Positions 41,330 through 55,230 of a DNA stretch of 64,000 bases are shown one piece after another; position 1 is the first letter of the stretch; each line of letters begins with the position of its first letter. Made by a program: the position numbers and the translations under genes. Below the pieces are notes generated by a model. It was given only the letters and a program-made list of their open reading frames with translations. It ran no database searches and was not told the origin of the DNA. Origin of the DNA: Octopus vulgaris (taxonomy: Eukaryota); contig OX597815.1 of the NCBI GenBank assembly GCA_951406725.2, positions 53,072,001 through 53,136,000 on the forward strand. Direction: 5' to 3'.

Positions 41330-41472
41330 AAAGATGGCTAGAGAGATAGAGAGAGAAAGATGGTTAGAGAGATAGAGAGATAAAGAGAGACGGAGAATGA
41401 AAGGGAAAATGAGAAGTGAAAGATAAAGGGGAACAAAATAGGAGATTCAAAGAGAGAGATAGAGAGAAGATA

Positions 41473-41547
<75 letters not shown>

Positions 41548-42058
41548 GCAGGGAGAGAAAGAGAGAAAGAGACAGATGGAGAGAAACACAGAGAGTCAAA
41601 GAATATTTTAGCGTTCTCATTAGAGGACCAGACATTTTCGAGTGTCATCAGCAGTGCGCGTATATGATGTGGTCGTATGTACACGCCCAGGACCAAACTT
41701 TATATATACGTATATTTCGGAGCAATACTTGTTTGGCAAGTGACTTGATTTGGGAGCGTGCATTGCAACTTATCTCTCTGTGTGTGAGAGAGAGAGCATT
41801 TCCTGTATTTCTACAGCATCATTATACTGACCATACGTGATATGTGTAAGGTGCATGAAAGCATTTACATATATAACCACATGTCCGCACACACACACGC
41901 ACACACACACACACATATACACACACGTCTGTTTTGTGTATACCAAAAAGTACACTTGTGTACTCCACTCTCTTTCGCTCCTGACTTTCTTGGTCCTCCA
42001 TTGTTTTTGTATCTGCGTCAGTCTGCGTACCTCTTTGCAGGGATGTGTGTTTTCATAT

Positions 42059-42145
<87 letters not shown>

Positions 42146-43318
42146 TATATATATGACATAATATAATAAATAAATAAATATACATATATATATTTATATA
42201 TGAATATATATGTTTGTATAAATATATATATATATATATAATGTGTGTGTGTATATTACTCAAACCAAATGTAAAATATTCGTAAAAGCTATTGAAGAAA
42301 TACTATTATTAATATAAAAGTTTTGCTTTACAAGACATGATGTTGATTAGAATTGAAGGAATATCAAAGGAAAAGAAGAGATATCCGAGGAGAAATGTGA
42401 AAACACAGTATGAAAATACAGAGGAAGTTAAAAATAGAAAGAAAGAAAGAAAGTAAGAAAGAAAGAAAAAAAGAAAGAAAGAAAGAAAGAAAAGAAAGAA
42501 AGTCAGACAGATAGATAGATACGTGCATACATACATACATAGAAAGAGTTAAAAGAAGGGGCATAATGAAAGTGATTATATAGAAATAAGAGAGAATAAC
42601 CGAAGAAGGTTAAGAGCGAGAGTGGAAGAATAAAAATGTCAGTTGGAAAGAACGTAGAGCAACGAAGGAAGAAAGAAAGAACGAGTGAGCGAGAGAGACG
42701 CAGAAAAGAGTGATAGTGAGTGTGAGAGAATTAGAGATGAAAACGGGTAGAAATAGAGCGAGAGAGAGAGAGAGAGAGCGCGAAGAGAGAGAGAGAGAAA
42801 GAGAGAGTATATTTGTGTCAGTTTGTGGAAAAGGTGATGGAGTGATAGAGTAAGAGATTATACAGAAAATAGTGCGGGGGTAAAGGAAATTGAACGATAA
42901 ATAATGTGACAATGATAAATAAGTGACCGTTTCCTGCTATTCTCAGAGGATGTTGGCAGGAAAAAGCCTGTAGCGACGGCTGCACTGAGGGCGTTGGTGG
43001 ATGCCGGACTGTATCTGTGTTCTGAAATCCAAGGAGAATATTGAGGCTGATTAATACCAATCCTCAACTGATTCTTAATAACTGGTGGTAGGCACAGGAG
43101 TTGTAAATGACTGAGAAGGGATTTCTTTTCAGGAAATCAACTCAAAACTTGATAAATGAAGAGAAGACCGAAAATGGAGTTACAAATAAATAAATAAAGA
43201 AAGAAAGAAAGACAGAAAGAAAGAAAGAAAGAAAGAGGAGAAAAAGATAACTGTGTGTTTTAGATAACTCCTCTAACTCGATCCTTAGGGCTCGACAAGA
43301 ATTAAGCTTCTATCTGAT

Positions 43319-43353
43319 CTTCTTCTTCTTCTTCCTCTTCTTCTTCTTCCTCT

Positions 43354-43385
<32 letters not shown>

Positions 43386-43434
43386 TTCTTCTTCTTCTTC
43401 TTCTTCTTCTTCTTCTTCTTCTTCTTCTTCTTCT
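43319..43434. repeat. (TTC)n microsatellite
   Basis: Directly visible. Confidence 0.95.
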
Positions 43435-43705
43435 TGCTCTCTATTATACTGCGTACAAAGAACCCTGTCCGGGATTGATAATGAATATTCCTCAATACTC
43501 TTAGCATCGTGCGACATAAAGACATTATTTCCTCGTTTTCTTGGGAACTAAATTCTTATTTCTCTAATCTGTATAATACGACTATATCTGAGGATATAAA
43601 AACCCCGAAGAAATGAAAGCAAAAACAATCATAAGAACCAAAATAAGAACAACGCATGCTATAGTATCTGTGTAAGAAGTCTGACTTTGATAAATTGAAT
43701 GAAAG

Positions 43706-43787
<82 letters not shown>

Positions 43788-43964
43788 AGGTATTATGGTG
43801 GTTGCCTGATCTTCATATTAAAGTTTGCTTCATGACTGGAATCTCTAGTCATGACTATTCTATCATTTTCTAATAGAAATATGTATTTAAATTAATTCTA
43901 AATGAGCAAAAGCCAGAACGTTATTGAGTACTTATCGCAGGTACACGGGATATTACTATTTATT

Positions 43965-44340
43965 ACTAACGTTCTGAGTTCAAATTCCGCCGAGGTCTAC
44001 TTTACCTTCCATTCTTTTAGGGGTCAATAAAATGAGTACTATTTGAGCACTGGGGTCGGCGTAATTGACTTACCCCCTCCCCAAACTTGCTGGCTTTGTG
44101 CCAGAATTTGAAACCATTATCAACGGCAGTGAAGAGGCAGAATTATTGCAGCATCAAATAAAATGCATAGCGGTATTTCTTCCGACTGTATACGTACTTA
44201 GTTCAAGTACTGCCGAAGGCAACTTTGCTTTTCATAATTTCGGGGTGATAAAATTACTAGTTGTGTATAGGGGTCGATGTAACTGATTTACCACTTTCCA
44301 TAAATTGGCTGACCTTGAGTCAAAATTTGGAACCGTTCTT
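43965..44340 (+). mobile_element. Two SINE copies, 2347 family
   Basis: CGTTCTGAGTTCAAATTCCGCCGAGGTC...GAGCACTGGGGTCG...CCAGAATTTGAAACC. Confidence 0.8.
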
Positions 44341-44559
44341 TATAGAAGAAAGAGAGGTCTGAGTGTCATTCATGTCTTTAGCTCTTGACCAGTGGACCTG
44401 TCATTAAATACTTTTCTATCGCGCACGAAGTCATACTGGATTGATTCGTTTCTGATATTTTTGATGACAATTAAATAAGTATTCTTGACGTACTGCAGAA
44501 AGTCCCGTATGCTGATTAAATATTAGACTAGCACAGAGTGCAAATAATTACAACTCCTC

Positions 44560-45300
44560 AAAAGATAAGGGATCTCAATGGAGTAAATGTCAGCAAATCT
44601 AAGCAAGAGTTGAACATTCTCCTGTGAAAATCGTGAATGAACGCACCTCTATCATACAAAAGACACACGAAAGCAGAGATATCAAAGTCTTTTATTCTTC
44701 AAACTATACTATAGAATGAAGGATGTTGTAGGAACTGGCTTATTTCCGAAAAACTCACGACTAAAGCCCCCAGACATCCTACAAATTTCGGTCCTCATAA
44801 TCTCAGATGATTTTCTCATGGTGATCTTGCATACAACGGTGTTAAAAACTGCCTTGAAAGACTGGAATTTTCTCTTCAGATCAAGGAGACACCTAGGCTC
44901 TCTTCAGGTGCTTACCCTCTACAATGCCAAAATTAGACACATTGCTCACACACGTAGGATGCAGTTGTTGTACAAAACATTCTCGACTGCCAGCCAACGA
45001 AAGAAAACCTCAAAGCGGTCACAAGGGCTGCCAGAAATAGCAGCTAAATCCATCCAGATGACATAATACTCTCATAAAAATGGAAGGACACATTGATCAG
45101 AGATTTTTCAATCTGATCTAAAGAACCACATTTTCAACCATATCTAAAACTAACCAAAGTTTTCTCGGCAATACTTTACAGACATTGTTTCTCAGATAGG
45201 TTTTTTTTCCTGTATGGTCATGAGATATTTTGTATCTTTCACCAAAGGAGCTGAAAACCATGTTAAATATTTCGACTGTGTCTCATCAAAGTTCCTACAC
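44560..45300 (+). mobile_element. Degenerate CR1-group LINE C-terminal remnant
   Basis: FLFRSRRHLGSLQVLTLYNAKIR resembles the post-RT motif xLGFLxRxxxxxxxxxLLTLYKAxIRP. Confidence 0.45.
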
Positions 45301-46390
45301 ACAAATCGCCTAATTATTTATCAGAATGGCTTACCATGTACTTTAATTAGAAACAATTATTATTGCAATGAAAATAGATAGCGAATAGACAAAGCGGTTA
45401 GAGTGTCGAATACAATCTAAAACATAGTTACAGTTCTTGAAGTTCTGGGTTCAAATATCACCGAATCAATTTTGCAGCTTAACACTCCGTGATCGATAGA
45501 ATAAAGTAACAGTCAAGTACTTGGGTACATTGTTGCTTTATTCCAAATTTCTGGACTTATTAGACTGATAAAATTCTTAGAACCTCCAACAAAATGCATA
45601 CGGCATATGGAAATCAAATCACATCGAAGTCATCTTTCACTTTTATTTGAGGTCGATAAAGCAAGGTACTAGCGAAGTCCTAGGATGATATCGTCGACAA
45701 AACACCGCCCCCTAAATACCCGGCTTTGTAAAATTATGTTAGAATCAATTATTACGGTAATATTGTAGGAATAAGTAGAAAGAAACGTGAAATAATTTAC
45801 CGTATTTTGTAACATACATTTACGTTCCGAGTTCAAATCTCGCTGAACTTCAACTTAACATTAAACCCATTGAAGTACAGGGGTCGATTAAATCGACTAA
45901 ATAATTGTCCCCTTTCCTACAATGCTCATGCTATCGAAATACGTGGCTCTCTCTCTTATGTTAAGAATCTGTATTAGACTGTTTCAAATGTATATGTTGA
46001 CGAGTTCCACTTTGGTTTAAACTTACAAAATATATGGAAAAGATAGAAAAACAAAAAATAAAAGACTTGCACTTGTAATTCGTGACTATCTCTATAGCTA
46101 ATTTCTCTTTAACCCAACATTTTTTCTTTGCCTTTTCTCACTTCTCTTCAACCCACTACCACATACCTTCTCTTCCTCCTTCTTCTTCATCCCCTCCGCC
46201 TTTTCTTCCCCCCTCCTGTTCCTTTACTCTTCTTATTCAACCTTCATCAATATATACTAAAAAAACGTTATTTCTTTCTAAATTTTGTATAATGTGATAT
46301 TTTGAGAAGCAAGAAAAAAAAGAAGCAATATATTTTTTGTACTTAAAGCCGATATAAACAAAACACGTGCATACATAAATGCACACACCT

Positions 46391-46426
<36 letters not shown>

Positions 46427-46571
46427 GCACAGCTCTACATAAATCGAGATGAGTATGTATGACTTGGCTATTCTCTAAATGGTTATATTTACTATGCATA
46501 ACTTAGATTGCGGTACAGATAATCTTACATTGTATGCGCAGAAATATATATCTATACCTATGTATCTCTCA

Positions 46572-46665
<94 letters not shown>

Positions 46666-46676
46666 ACATGTATATA

Positions 46677-46723
<47 letters not shown>

Positions 46724-46789
46724 ACATGTATATATATATGTATATATATATATATACTACATATATATATATTTGAAACTTACGTGTGA

Positions 46790-48103
46790 GTGAGATGTGT
46801 GGGGTGGGTGTGGATTGAGGGGGGTTTCAATGAATGAAGAAGGTGGGTAGGAGCGAAGAGAGAAAGTATGCGTCAGGGCAACAGAGGAGAGAGAAGTGGG
46901 TAATAGTGAAGAGAGGAAGTAGGTGTCAGAAGTAGAGAGGAGAGGAATGGAATCAGATGAAGAGGGCAGGGGAGCTGAACGCATGCGGTGCAAAGGAGCG
47001 AAGAGAGAAGATTAATTCCTGTTCTCGGCGAAGGCAGGAGTCTGGATGGCCCCAGACAGAGACAATCCGAACACAAACAGGTGTTGTACTGTCTGACTGG
47101 TAGAGCGGAAATGGCGCGAGACCGGGATGCTATTGCCAAGTCTAATGTCTCGTAGGTGCTCCACAAACCAGTCAACCAAGCGGTGTCCCGTTTGGCCGAT
47201 GTACAGAGAAGGGCAGAAGGAGCAGGAGATGCAGTAAATAACGTTGCTAGAAGTGTAGGTAAAGGAGTCAGTGATATAATAGGGAGGATGATGGGTGCCT
47301 GTGAGGATGGTGGTTTTGGAGAGTAGGGGCAAGTGCGACAGTGTGGGCGGGAGCAGAGGAACGAGCCAGATTGGGAGGTGGAAGCAGGGAAGAAACTGTG
47401 GACCGGGTGGTCATGTAGGTTGTAGGCTCATTTGAAGGATTGAATGGGTAGGTTGGGGAAGATGTGCGTAGTGGAGGAGTAGAACTGGAGTCGCCGGAGG
47501 GCTCGGAGAATGGTGCGCTGGAGGGGCAGAGTGGAAAGGCGGAGGTGAGGGGAAACGGGAGACGGGCAACGGCGGATCGGGTGCGAGGAGAAAGTGGAAA
47601 TGCACGGTCTACGGAACGTGCGGTGTGGGTAGTGGTGAGGGGATACCCACCAAGGATGAAGTTGCGAGCCATGAGTTGAGACTGAGTCTCAAGGTCATGG
47701 TTGTCACTGCAGAGCCTGCACAGACGGAGGAATTAGGAGTAGGGAATGGAGAGCTTGGTGTGGGTAGGGTGGGAGCAGGAGATGTTCAGGTATGAGTGTG
47801 AGTCGGTGTGTTTATAGTGGATGGAGCTAGTGAGAGCGAAGTTGTGTATGTTGATTGAAATGTCGATAAAGGCGACGGAAGTGTTGGAAATGGTGCAGCA
47901 GAATTCGAGGGCAGGATGGAAGGATTGGACAAAAGAGAGGAGGGAGTGTAGTTGTTCGCGGGAGAGTGAGGTCGCATCGATACAGTCATCAATATAACGA
48001 CCGTATGGTTCGGGAGTGGGACCACTGAATCTTGAAAATATTTGGGCTTCAACGTAACCAACGAACAGGTTTGCATAGTCAGGGCCCATTCTCGTTCCCA
48101 TGT
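46790..48103 (-). mobile_element. Neptune-type Penelope-like element, 5'-truncated (RT core and GIY-YIG with stops/frameshifts)
   Basis: MGTRMGPDYANLFVG...YGRYIDD...HYKHTDSHSYL...SHP...SIPYS; endonuclease FTYTSSNVIYCISCSFCPSLYIGQTG...EH. Confidence 0.92.
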
Positions 48104-48221
48104 AGGCGCAGGAGTGGCTGTGTGGTAAGTAGGTTGCTTACCAACCATATGGTTCCGGGTTCAGTCCCATTGTGTGGCACCTTGGGCAAGTGTTTTCTAC
48201 TATAGCCGTGGGCCGATCAAA
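48104..48221 (+). mobile_element. tRNA-derived SINE 5' head
   Basis: GGCGCAGGAGTGGCTGTGTGGTAAG (A box)...GGTTCAGTCCC (B box)...GGCACCTTGGGCAAGTG. Confidence 0.8.
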
Positions 48222-48688
48222 ATTCTTTCCTATTAGCGTTAATTTCTCACATGTCTTGTCAGAATCCTGTTGTATAGGGAAATGATCTTCAATGAATACA
48301 AATAGTTCTGTTGTTTATAATTTTGTTACTGTTTACTTATTCGTACTATATATTTTCCCTTTCTCTTGCTGTTGACCAAAAAGAACAGTATAAGGTCATA
48401 AAATTGTAATGATTTTTGCTCCATTACTGATGAGGGGTGGGCGTGCCTATGTTCTTTGTGTGTTTGTTTCCTGTTGTCTGTATATTTCTTTTTCTCGTCC
48501 ACCAGTGTCATTTTTTACTATCATACATATAAACTAAAACTTACATATGTTCCATTAACATAATTGATGATAGGTGCATAATGCAAATTACATAATCACA
48601 ATTTGATGTCAAATAGTCAGCTGTAGTTATACGTACTATTACTGGATCGAAAACATGGCTTGCAACAGTGTGTGTATGTGCATTCATG

Positions 48689-48731
<43 letters not shown>

Positions 48732-48772
48732 CTTTCCTGTCATAATACTTTAATTGTTCCACGTATATTGTT

Positions 48773-48820
<48 letters not shown>

Positions 48821-48898
48821 GCATAGTCCTGAGCGTCAAATAATACTTTAATTGTTCCACGTATGCATATAATTGTTCCATATATGCATATATATATA

Positions 48899-48939
<41 letters not shown>

Positions 48940-49269
48940 GCATAGATATATACCTATATACTTGTATATATGTGCATGAGAGCCCTCCAACATGACCAAT
49001 TTCTGTGTAAGAAATGTAGTGTTCCTCATGTTGCTGAAATTCCGATGCGAGAGTCGTTTTTCTGATATGGAGATTGGTATTTATATTATATTTGGAAAAT
49101 AATGCCCAAAGAATATAATAAATAAAAAATAGAATGAATAAAAAAACATATAACACAAAACAATCTGCTGTTATAAAGGTCAGCTATCCTGCAGAAGTGA
49201 AGAGAATATTTACAAACAACTGATTCGTAAGCTAAGTCTTCTGGACACAGATTATATATTCTATATTCT

Positions 49270-49650
49270 ATCTATTACTTGTTTCAGTTATTAGACTGGG
49301 TCCATGCTAGGGCACCGCCTTGGAGAACTTTTAATCGATTGAATCGATCCCAATACTATTTTTAAAGCCTGGTACTTATTCTACCGTTTACTTTTACCGA
49401 ACCACTAGGTTACGGGGACGCAAACACCCAGCACCGGCTGCCAAGCGGTGGTGGGAGACAAAAACACACACACGTACACACACACACACACATACGACGG
49501 GCTTGTTTCCATTTCCGTCTACCAAATCCATTCACAAGGCTTTTGTCGGCCCGGGGCTATAGTGGAAGGCAATTGCCAAAGGTGCCACGCAATGGTACTG
49601 AGCTCGAAAGCATGGGGTTAGGAAGCAAGCTTCTTACCACACAGCCACAC
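49270..49650 (-). mobile_element. Near full-length tRNA-derived SINE, same family as 48104-48221
   Basis: Minus strand starts GTGTGGCTGTGTGGTAAGAAGCTTGCTTCC; has an internal (TG)n. Confidence 0.85.
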
Positions 49651-50373
49651 TTATAATCATTGGTGCATTTGGCTATGGACGTACGGGAAAGCTTGGAATT
49701 TTAAGGTAAAGTGATCAGCAGAACCGTAAAAATATTCAAGAGTTTATTAATTTCCAACACCTAACGTTTAACCGTTGTTGGTGCCAAAATTTCATTGATG
49801 GCGGATTTCTTTCTCTATTCGAAAACAAGCTTCTTTACAAGGTTGATTCAAATAACTTATACAATACAGAAATAAAGTTTACACACACACATTGACGCAT
49901 ATTTGCATACACACAGACACGCATACATAAATACATGCATACTTAGTACATGCATACATATACACACATATAAACATACATACATACATACATACATACA
50001 TACATACATACATACATACATACATACATACATGCATTGTGTGCTGAATGTGTACAATAGTGCACAGTGGAAAGTAGGCTGCTACAAAATAGTCAGTAGA
50101 CATGTAAAACAAAAATAATTTACAGAGAGTAAGAGAGAGGGGGAAGAGAGAAAGTGAGAGAGAGAGAGAGAGAAAAGGGGGAGACAGACAAGCAGAGGAA
50201 GAAAGGGAGGAACTAAGCGCAAGAGGGCGAAATAGAAAATAGGATATATGTATGAATGAATGTACCTATGTATGCATATTTATCTACATGTATGTATATA
50301 TTTATGCACGTATGCATGTGAGTATGTATGTGTGTTAATATATACCTCTCCTGTCTTTCTCTGTGTAAGTATG

Positions 50374-50446
<73 letters not shown>

Positions 50447-50888
50447 AGAAAGAGAGAGGGCAATGTGAATGTATAGTTTGCTAAGTAGGTATACAGAAAG
50501 GTGAGTATTATCTCTTTTCATCTTCAGAAATAAAAATTTACAAACAACCCACCAACATCACCAACACCATCGACACCACAATTACTATGACTATATTCAC
50601 CCTTCACCATCACCACCACATACGCCACCATCAACACCACCATCATACTCCAACACTACCATCATGAAAGATATTTTGATATTTCGCCTTCTTGTTATTT
50701 TTCCTTCTCATTCAGAACGTTTCATTAATTCTACACTAATTGTATTCAATTTCTATTTTAGAACAACTTTCCCTCGCTGTAAGTACAGTACAGTTTACAT
50801 TGATTCATAAATAAATAACACACATAACACACACAGAGAAATACATATACATACACACACACAAACACCCACGCACACATACACACAG

Positions 50889-50978
<90 letters not shown>

Positions 50979-51163
50979 CATGTATGTATGTATGTATGTA
51001 TGTTTGCAAAGTTTGTATGTGCTTCATTATGTTTAACTAATATTTCTACATCCTTTCACCTACAAACACATTGATATGCATTTACATTCACAACAGTTTT
51101 TCTTTTTTATTTACAGTTTTGCATACCTACGCTCTATCACACATGCAGACACATAGACAAATC

Positions 51164-51256
<93 letters not shown>

Positions 51257-51443
51257 GTGTTTATTTCTCCCGTCTATCTGCACGACCTCTGAAAAAAGTA
51301 TTTTCTTCAAAACAAAAAGAAAAGACAGAAGAGAACCCTTGATTTGTTGTATATACACACAAACATAAGCAAACGCAGACACACGCACACGCACACACAC
51401 ACACACACACACATACACACACACACTCTCTCTCTCTCTCTCG

Positions 51444-51474
<31 letters not shown>

Positions 51475-51959
51475 TTTCACACAAACACAATACACCGATT
51501 CCCTTTCTCAATTTCTGCTGGTGTGAAGAAACCTATAGAGAGATGAAGCTGGTCAAACCTCCAAATCCGGCAATAAGCCTTTATTCTTCAAGCATATTCC
51601 TTTCTTTGAAAGGTAAAAGCTACTACCTTTTTTCAATAGAAAACACTTTCTCAAGGTGCCGCATACTCGACTCGAAACCAAATGGTTGCAAAGCGAATTT
51701 CTTACCCACACCGCCATGTCTGCGCCTTTATTTAAATTACCCACGCACAAATATATGTATGTATATTTGTAGCTATCTATCTATCTATCTATCTATCAAA
51801 TCTTCTTCTATTCCCTTCTCTCTCTCTCCCTCTCTGCATATACGTATACACACACAGGCACATGCACACACACATACACATATATATATATTCATCCATC
51901 TAGCCATCCATTAATGTTTTCTGCCTTCTATTGCAGGGAAAGTCCTTGGGTTGTAGAGT

Positions 51960-52310
51960 CCTTAGGTACCTTATCCAGAGGCTCCTTTCATATACAACCG
52001 TCATTAGATTTTCTGGCTGGATTCCCAAATGTGACCAACTAAAACTGTGGACATTATCCAGCCATCGCATTCTTGGTCTACCCCTAGCCCTTCTGACAGT
52101 TGGCATGGTTTGGGGAATCCTTCTAGTGATTTTTCCCTGTGATGTTGTAAGCACGTCTTTAGTATCGGAGCTGTGACCTCTCAATGCAGTGAAATATCTA
52201 CTCAACCTGAAGAGTGACACTGATATATTTATATCGCCAAGCAGTATGTCACCATCTATAACTCGGATTTAGATATCATCCTGCATGCCAGGAAATCCCT
52301 CCTTTTTCAC
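51960..52310 (-). mobile_element. RTE-clade LINE C-terminal remnant
   Basis: RRARGRPRMRWLDNV, followed by a YERSLW motif. Confidence 0.65.
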
Positions 52311-52329
52311 AATGATTCCACCTGAGTTA

Positions 52330-54700
52330 AAAAGGGCGAAGATCCTCTATTCGATGTACCGATGGAGGCATATGATGGAGCGGAGTTGTGTATGCTTATA
52401 GGTGCTTATATTTTGCATAACCTGCAGCTTGAATTCCCTTTTTATAGATGAAGGATTATACATAGTCACCCGTAATTTATACTCTTATAGTCACTCGTAA
52501 TTCAAACGGCCATGTGTTAGATAAACTTAGGAAGAATCTGATTACTTTCTTCCTAAGAATGGGCTTACGGATAACAATAGGAAGTAACCTTAATAATGTA
52601 AATAATTTAGATATTAACTCAGATTTGCAATTAAATAAATTAAAAACCTGCTGTAGGCCTAGTGAAAAGCTATTTTATATTTACAAAGAATCAAATCATC
52701 CATCCGTAATTCTTAAGAACCTAGTTAGTAGATAGGAAGGCGCATATCATCCGTATCTTCAGATGAGACAGCGTTTCAAAATGCCGCGCCGTATCATAAT
52801 AATGCATTAAGGAACAGTGGATTCTCGGAGAAGATTCAGTATAGTCAAACTACTTCTAGCAATAATAGCCCACATAAAACTAAAAGTTTTGTGGTTTAAT
52901 CCGGCATTTAATATTGCCGTAAAAACAAAAATAGTTAGGGAATTCTTAAAACTAGTTTCTGAACATTTTGAAACTAGCCATAAGTGCTATAGAAATTTTA
53001 ATAGGAGAACGCTGAAGGTTATCTATTCTTGTTGCAAAACCTTCGCCTATTTTAGTAAACCAGCATAGCACAAACATTATTAGAAGCAACCACAGTGCCG
53101 AATTTAACGAGAAAAATTGCAATTTCAAAGATAAGAGTTGCTGTCCGTTAGAAGGAAAATATCTTGAAAAAGGAATAGTTTATAGAGCTAAAAGTAGAAA
53201 TATATGGATCACAAGAATATAAAACATACACAGGAGCTTCGGAAAATTCATTCAAGACTAGGTGTTATTCCCACTGAAATTATTTCCAATACCCCGAAAA
53301 TAGAACTGCAACAAGTCTTGCAAAAGATGCCTGGCAATTCAAGGAAAATGACACCCGTCCTTTCAATATCAGGTGGACAATTTTGGTAAAAGCAGCACCA
53401 TATAAACATGGAGCATATAGACGACCAATGAAATACAATCTTTGCCTCTCAGAAAAACTCTTCACCCTATTCCAAGATAAAAATGCATTGAACCAAAGAC
53501 GAGAACTTTTAAAATGTCAACAGAAAAAATAACGTACGGGTAAACATTTTTGACTTTTGAAAAACATTTTTGACTTTCGCATTTGAATTTGGCTTTTACA
53601 CCTAAAATATAGACACCTTTTAGTATTACAATGCCGGTACATATTTCGTCTTCATATTTTACATTAGACTTTTAAGAAAGCCTTCAGCTGTTTTGAAAGC
53701 TTAATCGAAAATTTGCCGAGGTTAAATTTTTGCTCATTTTACTACTTTTCATATTTAAATTTTAAATTATTATTTCAAATTTATATTTTTTTAAATCAAT
53801 ATATTTATATTACATTTGATTATATTACATTAATTTGTTGTACAACTTTCTTATTTTAATATTCTATACACCAGACAGTTTTTAAATATATTTATATGCG
53901 TATACAATTTATGGTGTATATATATATCTTGATGTGAATATATGTATGTAGATATATACGGTAGCAGCCATAATATAAGGGGCGGTAAAAACATGTGTAT
54001 TGAAGTATTTATTATAGAAGATTATTTTAAAAGTTGAGTCTAGATATTTTATACATATTTAGATATATCTAATATCTATCTTTCGTGAAAATTTCAAGTG
54101 AAAGGAATGAATATTTCGTACGTTATGAAGAAATACATAAATAATCTTCTAAACTGCAACGTCCTAAAGTTAAACGTCACTTAGAGAAAATGAAAAACTA
54201 ACCGAGGTATTTGTTGTTTAGAAGATTGTTAATGTATTTGTTTGTATGTATATGTAGGCATGTACCAAGATTTGTATGTTTAGTGTATATATGTATATAT
54301 AATTTAAATTTTAGCATGTGTATGTTTTACTACATGTATATGTATTTTTATGATGTTATGATGTTAGCAGTAGCATTCTTCACTTTCTTGGCAACAAACC
54401 ATCACTTTATCATGCTGCTACTGTATAAGTTTCTGTTAGAGATTTAGAAATGCAATATTTCTAATTTTGTAGATCAGTGAATTTATTTCACTTGAAATTC
54501 TATATGTTATCAAAGGTGAATAAGCATCGACACTTAGCAAGCCAAGCTACTCTAGACTGATGAAGAGCAATGACTCTGAAACTATTCTCTAGATGTTGGC
54601 TTTGCTGGGTGGAGGTGTTTATCTCCCCTGTTTGAAAAGATAAGGACACAGTACACTTGTGTCACATAGCCAACTGGAAACGTTTTTCCTGGGGCTAAAT
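52330..54700 (+). mobile_element. Penelope-like element, 5'-truncated (RT, linker, GIY-YIG to ~53530, AT-rich 3' region ending in an HHR)
   Basis: LFDVPMEAYDGAELCMLIG; YIYKESNHPSVILKNL; VLWFNPAFNIAVKTKI; CPLEGKYLEKGIVYRA; RWTILVKAAPY...YNLCLSEK. Confidence 0.88.
54536..54606 (+). ncRNA. Type I hammerhead ribozyme with a bipartite extended stem I
   Basis: AGCAAGCCAA..TCTAGA-CTGATGA-AGAG CAATGA CTCT-GAAA-CTAT-TC-TCTAGA..TTGGC T TTGCT. Stem III is one substitution from the palindrome ACTAGT. Confidence 0.85.
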
Positions 54701-54799
54701 AGCAGTAGCATTCTTCTCTTTCCTGGGACTGCCACATTATGTTGGCAACAAACGATCTCTTTATATATTTATAGTAAATCCCTAAAAAAGAAAAAACAA

Positions 54800-54975
54800 C
54801 AAACACAAAAAAAAACAGCAACGCGGCACGTGGTGCACGTAAAGTATTAGCAGACGTTCGGGGAAGGAAAGGAAGATGGTTTAACGTTTCGAGCAACGCT
54901 CTTCTTTAGAAACAGAGGAAAGTCTAATAGAAAGGAAGGCGGAGTAAGAAAATCGCCAACAATTCACATCTGGTT
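54800..54975 (-). mobile_element. Short pLTR-like repeat with a degenerate minimal HHR at ~54878-54913
   Basis: Minus strand CTAAAGA-A-GAGC GTT GCTC-GAAA-CGTT; same layout as the motifs at ~23610 and ~55320. Confidence 0.55.
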
Positions 54976-55194
54976 GCTGTTACTCTGTGCGTCTGTGTAT
55001 AAATTATCAGTTGGGTTTGCTTTATTTTTACCCTTAACTTAGAAATAGAGAAAAACATAGTGCTAGATATAAAAAATAAACCACTTGGTGCTAGAAATGT
55101 TGCGGCTAAACGTGAAATTCTACGAGCAGGGACGTGTCTTATGCGAAATGTGGATGAGCCCGAGTGACGCTAATGTCTCGGAGTCGCCTCTGGT

Positions 55195-55224
<30 letters not shown>

Positions 55225-55230
<6 letters not shown>

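Noticed and set aside
48988-49033. Minus-strand CAACA-TGAGGA...GAAATTGGTC-ATGTTG
   Set aside because: Stem I is plausible, but the core is incomplete and stem II does not pair. At best a decayed relic.
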